NCBI GenBank assembly: GCA_038046785.1
Contig: JBBSVM010000002.1
Location: 125,196 to 189,195, forward strand
DNA length: 64,000 nt
Source: Thermoplasmatota archaeon
Lineage (GTDB): Archaea; Thermoplasmatota; E2; JACPAO01; JAHFTW01
Direction: 5' to 3'
The notes below the pieces were generated by a model that saw only the letters and a list, made by a program, of their open reading frames with translations, had not been told where the DNA came from and did no database searches. This document shows, in pieces, positions 56,919-64,000 of the stretch (position 1 is its first letter; the number at the start of each line of letters is the position of its first letter). The position numbers and the translations under genes were made by a program.

Positions 56919-58323
56919 CGCGGCGGCGCTGGAGCAGGTAGATGGGGAGCCCGAGTCCGCCAAGCACGAGCGCCAGCGTTGTCGGGCCGGGGAACTGCAG
57001 GAAGCTTGCCACCAGGACGCCGAGGCTCGAGAGCCCAAAGAGCACCGGCAGAACAGGTCCGCCCGGGGTGCGGAAGGGGCGCGGCCAGTTCGGCTTGGTG
57101 TGGCGCAGCCAGAGGTGCGCGGCCGCAGTGGCAACGTGGAACGCGAACACGGCGGCGACAACGGTGACCGCGAGCTCGACGTAGAGGCCGGTGAACAGCA
57201 GCAGGCAGCTCCAGATGGCCGTGATGAGAAGTCCGAATGCGGGGACGCCGCGCGCATTGAGCCGGCCAAGGCCAGGAAGGAAACTCAGGTGTTGCGCCAT
57301 GGCGTAGCTGATGCGGGGCGCCGTCAAGATGTAGGAGTTGAGGGTGCCGAAAACGCTCACAAGGGCGAGAATCCCCACCGCGAGTGCGGCTCCGGTCCCA
57401 AGCGCCCGCGTCGCGGCAACGGTGGCGAGGTCCTTTCCAGCCGCAAGAGCATCGAGAGCGCCTGAAACGCTCACCGCGTAGAACATCGCGCTTGCGACGC
57501 TGAGGTAGATGGCGGTGGTGATGAGCGGTCCGCCCACAAGGGCAAGCGGCACATTGCGCTGCGGGTTGCGCACCTCGCCCGCGACGTAGGTCCCGGTGTA
57601 CCAGCCGTCGTAGGCAAACAGGAGGGGAACGAGCGCCGCCGCCATCAGAACGAACGTGTTCCCCGTGCTGGGTTCTGCGACGAACGCCTCGGGGTCAGCG
57701 GGCGAGAAGAGGAAGACAACGGCAACCAGGAGGGCGAAACCGACGCCTTTTGCCACCGTGCTCAAGTTGGCAATGAGGCCGCCAAAACGCACGCCAAGGG
57801 CATTGATGCCCGCAAGCAGCAGGATGGCGGCAACCGCAACGTAGGCGTCGCCGTAGCCGGGCAGCGTCAGTCCGGTTTCCCACGAGCCGAGGACGAGCGG
57901 CGTCGGCTCGCCGGGAAGGCCGCCCGACGAGCCGCGCGCGAGGTCGAGGACGATGCCGACGAACTTGCCGAAGGCGGCTCCGACGGCGGCGACGGTTCCG
58001 GTCATGATGACCCAGAAGTTGGTCCACCCGTACAGGTAGCCGGCGCCCGGTCCGAACGCTTCGCGCAGGTAGACGTACTGGCCGCCCGCTTGTGGCATCA
58101 TCCCGGAAAGTTCCGCCACCGTGAGCGCGCCCACGATGGTGAGGAGGGCCGCGATGACGAAAACGGCAAGCACCAACCACGGGTCGGGCAGGATGTCCAC
58201 CATCTCGGCAGGAAGGAGCAGGATGCCGGAGCCCACCATGCTTCCGACGATGACCATCGTTGCCGAGAAGAGGCCGAGGCGGGGACGCAACCCGGTTTGT
58301 TCGCTCGCATCCGCACCAGCCAT
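56905..58323 (-). CDS. APC-family amino acid permease (LAT-like)
   Basis: GSMVGSGI, AELS..P.AGG.Y.YL, FAYDGW, GEVRNP.RN.P. Confidence 0.92.
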   Translation of the reverse strand: MAGADASEQTGLRPRLGLFSATMVIVGSMVGSGILLLPAEMVDILPDPWLVLAVFVIAALLTIVGALTVAELSGMMPQAGGQYVYLREAFGPGAGYLYGWTNFWVIMTGTVAAVGAAFGKFVGIVLDLARGSSGGLPGEPTPLVLGSWETGLTLPGYGDAYVAVAAILLLAGINALGVRFGGLIANLSTVAKGVGFALLVAVVFLFSPADPEAFVAEPSTGNTFVLMAAALVPLLFAYDGWYTGTYVAGEVRNPQRNVPLALVGGPLITTAIYLSVASAMFYAVSVSGALDALAAGKDLATVAATRALGTGAALAVGILALVSVFGTLNSYILTAPRISYAMAQHLSFLPGLGRLNARGVPAFGLLITAIWSCLLLFTGLYVELAVTVVAAVFAFHVATAAAHLWLRHTKPNWPRPFRTPGGPVLPVLFGLSSLGVLVASFLQFPGPTTLALVLGGLGLPIYLLQRRRVTSA

Positions 58324-58375
58324 CGCCCCTTCGAGCGGGGCCGCATCCTAAAGCGTTCTGGGCAGAGTGTTTGCT

Positions 58376-59923
58376 CTACGCCTGCTCGGTGTCGGCGCGG
58401 TCCGATTCGCGCGTGGCGGAACCGTCGCGGTAGCGGCGCTGCGCGAAGTAGGCGGGGATTCCGATGGCCATGAGGCCGAGCGCGATGAGCGCCTGCGCCA
58501 TCGAGGTCAAGAGAATGCTCACGACGACGAAGATGGAGGCAAGCAGGAAGACGATGGGGACGAACGGGTAGAGCGGCGTCTTGTACGGGCGCTCCACGTC
58601 GCGCTTCGTGCCCTTGAACCCGAGCCAGCGCACGCCGCGCATGCGCATGTGCGCCAGCGCCGTCGGGATGTAGAACAGGAAGATGCCGAACACCACCATC
58701 GTGACAAGCTGCTGGTAGCCGCCCGTCATGACGAGCAGGCTTGCCCAGATGGCGGTGAAATAGATGGCCCACGCCGGCGTGCCGTGCTTGCTGGTCTTCG
58801 CCATGTTGCGCAGCAATGCCCCGTCGCGTGCGAAGGCGAAGAAGATGCGCGGCGCAGTGAGAATGAAGCCGTTCACGGTGCCGAACACCGAGACGAGTGC
58901 CACGCCGGAGATGAAGTCGCGGCCGGGTACGCCAAGGACTGCGCCGGCCGCCTCGGGGGCGATGCGGGCGTTGTCCACGCCGAGCTGCACTGCCTGGTCG
59001 ATGGAGATGACGTAGAAGTACGACGCGGCGAGCGCGATGTAGATGAGGCTGGTGATGAGCGGCCCGATGATGAGCGCCAGCGGCAGGTTGCGCTTGGCGT
59101 TGCGCACTTCGCCCGCAACATAGGTCGCCTGCGGCCAGCCGTCGAACGCAAAGAGGCTGAGCGCGAGGGCGCCGCCGAACGCAATGACGAGTCCGGTGCC
59201 TTCCAGGCCGCCGGTGAAGTCGCCGTCGCGTCCCGCGAAGGCGTCGGGGGCGACTTTTCCGAAGGCACTGCCGAGGACGAAGACGATGAAGACCAGGGCG
59301 CCGAGTCCCGCCACTTTGGCGATGGTGGCGGTATTCTGGATGGGGCCGCCCGCACCGGAGAAGCGGCCGTTGATGTAGGCAAGGAACAGGATGACCGTGA
59401 TGGCGACGAACGCCATGCTCCAGGAGGGCAGCGTGATGGGGTCAATCTGGATGAGGCGTTGCAGGCAGTCGCCGTTGGCGTTCGAGACCACGCAGGGTCC
59501 CTCCGCGATTTTCGAGGTGAGCTGCACCTCGAAGCCCGGCATTGTGCCGCCCAGGCGCTCGACGAAATATTTCAGGAACCGGCTGAAGGCGACCGCGACG
59601 CCGGCGACGATGCCGGTCTGGATGACCCAGAACTGCGCCCAGCCGAACATGTAGCCCCAGAAGCGGCCCAGTCCTTCCTTGAGGAAATGATACTGGCCGC
59701 CCGAGCGTGGGAACATGGCCGACAACTCGGCAAACGTCAGCGCGCCAACAATCGTCAGCAGCGCGCCCGCCACCAGGACGAGAAGAATCATGCCGGGGCT
59801 GGGCAGAAGTTCCGCCATGTCGGCGGGCAGGAGCAGGATGCCGGAGCCAATCATCGAGCCGACGATGATGGTGATGGCCTCGAACAGTCGGAGATTCTGC
59901 TTGAACTTGATCGGCCCGCCCAT
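58376..59923 (-). CDS. APC-family amino acid permease (LAT-like, paralog)
   Basis: GSMIGSGI, AELS..P.SGG.Y, FAFDGW, GEVRN..RNLP, RPYK.P.YP. Confidence 0.92.
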   Translation of the reverse strand: MGGPIKFKQNLRLFEAITIIVGSMIGSGILLLPADMAELLPSPGMILLVLVAGALLTIVGALTFAELSAMFPRSGGQYHFLKEGLGRFWGYMFGWAQFWVIQTGIVAGVAVAFSRFLKYFVERLGGTMPGFEVQLTSKIAEGPCVVSNANGDCLQRLIQIDPITLPSWSMAFVAITVILFLAYINGRFSGAGGPIQNTATIAKVAGLGALVFIVFVLGSAFGKVAPDAFAGRDGDFTGGLEGTGLVIAFGGALALSLFAFDGWPQATYVAGEVRNAKRNLPLALIIGPLITSLIYIALAASYFYVISIDQAVQLGVDNARIAPEAAGAVLGVPGRDFISGVALVSVFGTVNGFILTAPRIFFAFARDGALLRNMAKTSKHGTPAWAIYFTAIWASLLVMTGGYQQLVTMVVFGIFLFYIPTALAHMRMRGVRWLGFKGTKRDVERPYKTPLYPFVPIVFLLASIFVVVSILLTSMAQALIALGLMAIGIPAYFAQRRYRDGSATRESDRADTEQA

Positions 59924-59967
59924 TGCGCCGCCCACCCGGCCGGGAGGCTAAAGGGTTCTGGGTTGCA

Positions 59968-60369
59968 TCACCGAACGGTGAATCCGGCTGCCTGGAGTGC
60001 GGCCTGCGCCTTCTCCAGGTTTGCTTCCTTGACGAGCAGGTAGTCGGTGTCGAAGGTGGAGAGCACGAAGACGCCGACTCCCGCGGCGGCAAGCGGAACG
60101 GTCAATCCGGCGATGACGCCGGTCGTCGTGAACGGGACCGGTCCCTCCAGTTTGAACGCGCGCCACCCTTTTTCGGCGAGGTTGACGAACGGCGGGACTG
60201 CTGCTTCGGGGCAGACGACCGACAACTCGTCCGGCGTGCGCGTGACCGAGGACATCTGCGAGTTGACTTTGAGCGCCCAGAGCGGCACCGGCGCGTCGGG
60301 GCGCAGCCGGCAGACGGCGTAGCGGCCGGGCAGGAGGGTGAGCGGAAAGGAGGTGGGTGGGGTTGTCAT
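59968..60369 (-). CDS. ACT-domain protein (CASTOR-like/ACT_7)
   Basis: YAVCRL, SVTRTPDELSVVC, GW.A....GP..F..TGV, STFDTDYLLVK. Confidence 0.9.
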   Translation of the reverse strand: MTTPPTSFPLTLLPGRYAVCRLRPDAPVPLWALKVNSQMSSVTRTPDELSVVCPEAAVPPFVNLAEKGWRAFKLEGPVPFTTTGVIAGLTVPLAAAGVGVFVLSTFDTDYLLVKEANLEKAQAALQAAGFTVR

Positions 60370-61664
60370 GTGGGCCTTCGTTTGGGTTGGAGGTGCTGGC
60401 GCGCGACGTCGTCATCGACGCGGCGGGCGGTCTCCGCGTCCACGCCGAGCATGGTCATGGATTCGGAGAGCAGGAGCCGCTCGTTGGCGCCGAGTTTGCC
60501 ATCTTGCCACGCGGTCTCGACGAGGCGGCGGTATTTGGCGGCAGGAGAATCTTCGCCCGCAACCGCCTTGCGCCGTTCCAGGGAGCGTTCGGCGGCGCGC
60601 TGGAGTGGGAAGGCGACGAAGACGACGGCGCCGGCGACGATTCCGCCGATGAGAAGGCCGAACGTGTCGCTGAGGAAATTCTGCGCCACCTGCGCTGTGA
60701 TGAAGAGGGCGGCGAGTCCGACGGAGGCGAGGGTTCCGGCGCGCAGCCGTCTTTGCGTGAGGGGGACGCCGAGCAGGTTGAGACGGACGAGGGCGAAGGC
60801 GACGCCGGCGAGCCCGACCAGGGTCACGATTCCGCCCAAGCCGTAGTCCTTCCCCCCGCTGGCGTCGTTCAGGAGTTCGATGGTCGCAACTGCGAACGAG
60901 GCCAGCATGACGCTGACTGGCACCCACCGCGACCAGGTCCCTACGCGGCCGAGGCCGAGGAGGCTGAGCGCGACGGCGGCAGAGCACGCCCCGGCGACCA
61001 GGAAGATGCCCGTCGCGAGGGGAGTCAGCTCCGGGTTGTTGGCGGCGAAACCGACGTTGTTGCCGACGAGGATGGTCACCTGAAGGATCAGGTGGCTCGC
61101 CATCAGGAAACGCGCGCGGTCCGCCTGGCCTTCGGGGCGGAGCCGGATGCGGGCGAGGAGGGCCGCGCCGACGGCTGCGGTGGCGGCCAGGTAGGCCCCG
61201 TAGGCGACCGAGTCGACTTCGCCGAAGAAGGCGTTCACCTCCGTCCCGTAGATGTCGATGGGGATGCGCGCGCCGGCCACGAAGATGAGCATCGGTGTGA
61301 GGGCCAGCGAGCCAAGGCCCGTGGCGAGGGCCGCGACGAAGTGACGCTTGCTTTGCGGCAGCTGCTTGACGTCGTCCCAGAAAGCGGCCACGATGAGGCC
61401 CGCCGACGCAAGCGCAACGAGGATGGTGAAGCTGTGCGACGGAACGATGAGCTCCTTGTGCGGGAACTCCGAATAGCCGCCGGCAAGAGTGAAGACGGCA
61501 TAGCCGAAGGCGTCAATGACGAAGAACAATCCAAGCAGGGTGTTCGGCCGACGGCGCGGCTTGGCGGCGAGGATGAAGACTCCCAGGACCAAGCCGAGGA
61601 CGGCGGCGCCGGAGCGGATGAGCGCGCCAGGTGAGGTGTCGAGCAGGCTGAAGTCAAACGCCAG
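60366..61664 (-). CDS. Polytopic membrane protein with C-terminal TerB-like helical domain (start uncertain)
   Basis: Many TM helices; YRRLVE.AWQDG.L...ER.LL; frame stays open upstream of TTG 61592 to CTG 61664. Confidence 0.7.
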   Translation of the reverse strand: MAFDFSLLDTSPGALIRSGAAVLGLVLGVFILAAKPRRRPNTLLGLFFVIDAFGYAVFTLAGGYSEFPHKELIVPSHSFTILVALASAGLIVAAFWDDVKQLPQSKRHFVAALATGLGSLALTPMLIFVAGARIPIDIYGTEVNAFFGEVDSVAYGAYLAATAAVGAALLARIRLRPEGQADRARFLMASHLILQVTILVGNNVGFAANNPELTPLATGIFLVAGACSAAVALSLLGLGRVGTWSRWVPVSVMLASFAVATIELLNDASGGKDYGLGGIVTLVGLAGVAFALVRLNLLGVPLTQRRLRAGTLASVGLAALFITAQVAQNFLSDTFGLLIGGIVAGAVVFVAFPLQRAAERSLERRKAVAGEDSPAAKYRRLVETAWQDGKLGANERLLLSESMTMLGVDAETARRVDDDVARQHLQPKRRPT

Positions 61665-61744
61665 AGTCCTCGACCTCCGCCATTAGGGCACGACCGGGGC
61701 GCCTCTATTTTGCCGCAATGGTCGCGCCGCTGGGCGGCGCGCGG

Positions 61745-61817
61745 TAGAGGGTTGCGGGGGGCACCCCCGCAGTGGAGCCGAAGGCTGCACCCCTAAGTCG
61801 AGGAGCGGAGCGTCCTC
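61745..61817. repeat. GC-rich multi-hairpin REP/MITE-like element
   Basis: TGCGGGG-GGCA-CCCCGCA, AGCC-GAA-GGCT and GAGGA..TCCTC hairpins 3' of the ferredoxin gene. Confidence 0.55.
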
Positions 61818-62073
61818 ACTTGAAGTAGTCCGCATTGATCTGGATGTACTTCTTCTCCGACTCCGGAACCTCGTCCTCGGGGAAGATGGCGTTGACCGGG
61901 CAGGCGGATTCGCAGGCGCCGCAGTCGATGCAGTCGTCCGGGTTGATGTAGAGGTGGGTGTTGGCGCCGAATTTGGCGTCATCCTTCTTCGGGTGGATGC
62001 AGTCCACGGGGCAGACATCGACGCAGGAGGTGTCCTTGGTGCCGATGCACTTGGAGGTGATGACGCGGGTCAT
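61816..62073 (-). CDS. Dicluster (7Fe-type) ferredoxin
   Basis: CIGTKDTSCVDVCPVDCIH and CIDCGACESACP. Confidence 0.93.
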   Translation of the reverse strand: MTRVITSKCIGTKDTSCVDVCPVDCIHPKKDDAKFGANTHLYINPDDCIDCGACESACPVNAIFPEDEVPESEKKYIQINADYFK

Positions 62074-62137
62074 GCTCTTCGACGATGCGACCCGGCCCGT
62101 CCTTCTTAACGGTTGGTGATTCGGGGAGTCGAAAACG

Positions 62138-62827
62138 TCAACTGAAGTACGCTTGGAGGATTTTCTTCTCGGCGGCCTTCAGCCGGTTGTGCGCCGCCGC
62201 CTTGGAAATCCCGAACACGGTGGCGAGAGCGAGCAGGTCGCATTTGCGCGGGTTGTCGTAGAAGCCGAGGGCGAGACCCATCTTGACGATCTCGACCTGT
62301 TTGGGCGTGAGTTTCTCCTCGTAGTCGGAGAGTGGGTGTTCCTCCGGTTTCCATTCGCCCCAGCGGATGAGTTTCATGTTCATCCCGGCGCGCTTGAACG
62401 AGTCGCCGGCGGTGCGGATGACCTCGCCGATGTCCACCTTCGCGGCGGTGATGATGCCGACGGTCATCCAGCCGGCCTGGATGATGATGGGGCGCAGGAT
62501 GCGGTCCGGTCCCAGGGCGCGCAGGGCGGCGGTGAAGGGCGCCTTGAGGAACTTCATCTTGTCCGGCGCCGGCTCGACCAGGATGGAGAGCGCCTGGGCG
62601 TCCTCGCGCAGCAGCGTGACGTTGGTGTAGAACTCCTGCATCTGTGCCAGGACGAGGCGGTACGTCGCGGGCGGGGCGAGGATGGTGAAGACGTTGCGCG
62701 TTGGAAAATGGTCGTCATCGAACCGGATGTGGTTCATCAGGACGCGCGCGTCAGGGTTCGCCTTCGTGAAGGTGGAGACCGGCCAGTCCGGCATCTCGAC
62801 CTGGAACAGCAGCTCGGTCATCCCCAT
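62138..62827 (-). CDS. Bacterio-opsin-activator-type HTH (HTH_10) regulator
   Basis: LTPKQ......LGFYDNPRK..L..LA...GISK......L..AEKKI. Confidence 0.88.
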   Translation of the reverse strand: MGMTELLFQVEMPDWPVSTFTKANPDARVLMNHIRFDDDHFPTRNVFTILAPPATYRLVLAQMQEFYTNVTLLREDAQALSILVEPAPDKMKFLKAPFTAALRALGPDRILRPIIIQAGWMTVGIITAAKVDIGEVIRTAGDSFKRAGMNMKLIRWGEWKPEEHPLSDYEEKLTPKQVEIVKMGLALGFYDNPRKCDLLALATVFGISKAAAHNRLKAAEKKILQAYFS

Positions 62828-62931
62828 ACAGGTCGCCGGGTGGGTGAACCGGTTCGGCCACTTCAGGGTTTGGCAGTCGCCCTCCTGGGGGGCCGGACCA
62901 ACCTTTAGAAGAGCTCCCTCGTCGCCGCGGC

Positions 62932-63279
62932 ATGGCCGAACCCCAGATGACCCCGCAACTGCAGCAGCAGGTGGCGCAACTGCAGGCGATGAACCAGCAA
63001 CTCTCCAACACGGCGCAGCAGCGCGCTCAGTACGAGGCGATGAAGGCCGAATCCGAGCAGGCGCTCGAAGCGCTCTCCGGCCTCGACCCCAAGGCCGCAG
63101 TCTACCGCAGCGTCGGCGCGCTCCTCGTCCAGGACACCCACGCTGCCGCGACGGAGCGGCTCAAGGAGGATGTCGAGACGCTCACCCTGCGCGCGACCCG
63201 GCTGCAGAAACAGGAAGGCGAGCTGCGCACACAGCTCCAGGCCCTCCAGCAGAAACTCCAGGCCGCCTTCAAGGCTTAG
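62932..63279 (+). CDS. pfdB: Prefoldin beta subunit
   Basis: Coiled coils flanking VYRSVGALLV. Confidence 0.93.
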   Translation: MAEPQMTPQLQQQVAQLQAMNQQLSNTAQQRAQYEAMKAESEQALEALSGLDPKAAVYRSVGALLVQDTHAAATERLKEDVETLTLRATRLQKQEGELRTQLQALQQKLQAAFKA

Positions 63280-64000
63280 ATGATGGCTCGCGCCGCCGCC
63301 ATCCAATCGGGAGACCGCGTCCTCCTGCTTGAGCCCGAGACCGGCCACACCCACCTCGTTGTCCCGGACGGCAAAGGCACGCGCAAGCAGCGCGGAATCG
63401 GCGTCTTCGACCCCGACCGCCTCGTCGGACAACCGTACGGCGCCCGCGTCACCGTCGGCGCCAAAGCGGTCGTCCTCCTGCGTCCAAGCCTGGCCGACCT
63501 GACTGGCACCCTGGAGCGCAAGGCGCAAATCATCTTGCCCAAGGACGCCAGCCGCATTCTCTACGAACTCGGCGTCGGCCCCGGCGACCGGGTGCTGGAG
63601 TCCGGCATCGGCTCCGGCGCCGCCACTGTCGCCCTCGCCTGGGCGGTCGGCGCCACCGGCCAAGTGGTGGTGCAGGAATTGCGCGAAGATTTCCGCGACT
63701 TCGCCGTCGAGAACCTGCGCCGCGCCAACCTCGCCGACCGCGTCGCGGTCCACCTCGGCGACCTCACGCAAGGTCGCCATCCCGCCATCGCCGGACCCTT
63801 CGACGCCGTTCTTCTCGACCAGCCCGAACCCTGGCTCGCCGTTCCCCAGCTCACCTCCGTCCTCGCGCCGGGGGCCCGCATCGCTTGCTACACGCCGCAG
63901 GTGAGCCAGATGGAGGCGACGTTCCGCGTCCTCACCGATGCCGGATTTGTCCAAGTGCGCGCCCTGGAGCTCATCGAACGTTCGTGGGAGGTCAAAGAGC
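63280..64000 (+). CDS. trmI: tRNA (adenine-N1)-methyltransferase TrmI (3'-truncated)
   Basis: Translated by hand: R.AQIILPKD, GPGDRVLESGIGSG, E.REDF, LDQPEPW. Confidence 0.92.
   Translation, partial: MMARAAAIQSGDRVLLLEPETGHTHLVVPDGKGTRKQRGIGVFDPDRLVGQPYGARVTVGAKAVVLLRPSLADLTGTLERKAQIILPKDASRILYELGVGPGDRVLESGIGSGAATVALAWAVGATGQVVVQELREDFRDFAVENLRRANLADRVAVHLGDLTQGRHPAIAGPFDAVLLDQPEPWLAVPQLTSVLAPGARIACYTPQVSQMEATFRVLTDAGFVQVRALELIERSWEVKE

Overview
A high-GC (roughly two-thirds G+C by eye) chromosomal segment of an archaeon, most likely a Thermoplasmatota member. The archaeal call rests on eS1/rps3ae, eL15, Sec61-gamma/SecE, Spt5, RadA, prefoldin beta, archaeal-type AspRS, a PCNA-box family B polymerase, PGF-CTERM proteins and BRE/TATA promoters about 25 nt before mostly leaderless starts. 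About 72 densely packed CDS and one tRNA-Arg(CCT) are present; I found no integrase, transposase or CRISPR array. Housekeeping genes (eno, ftsZ, secE, spt5, ychF, radA, polB, aspS, A1-type cox, pfdB, trmI) are interleaved with many secreted lipoproteins (M28 peptidases, BNR/sialidase-like proteins, a four-gene paralog array). Best candidates for something new: (1) directly after spt5, a ~100-nt three-way-junction RNA with its own TATA and U-rich end, divergent from an operon encoding a small secreted protein, a membrane TPR receptor-like protein and a double wHTH regulator, with palindromic operator-like sites between them; (2) a 22-Cys metallothionein-like segment fused to a His-rich linker and an HhH/DUF4332-like domain; (3) a cytochrome oxidase subunit II with a variant CuA motif and a fused type-1 blue-copper domain; (4) an archaeal GLIC/ELIC-like pentameric ligand-gated channel; (5) a divergent PolB with an altered motif B; (6) dispersed 9-bp-periodic palindromes at the 3' ends of core genes. 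All product calls are from motif recognition by eye; no database searches were run.
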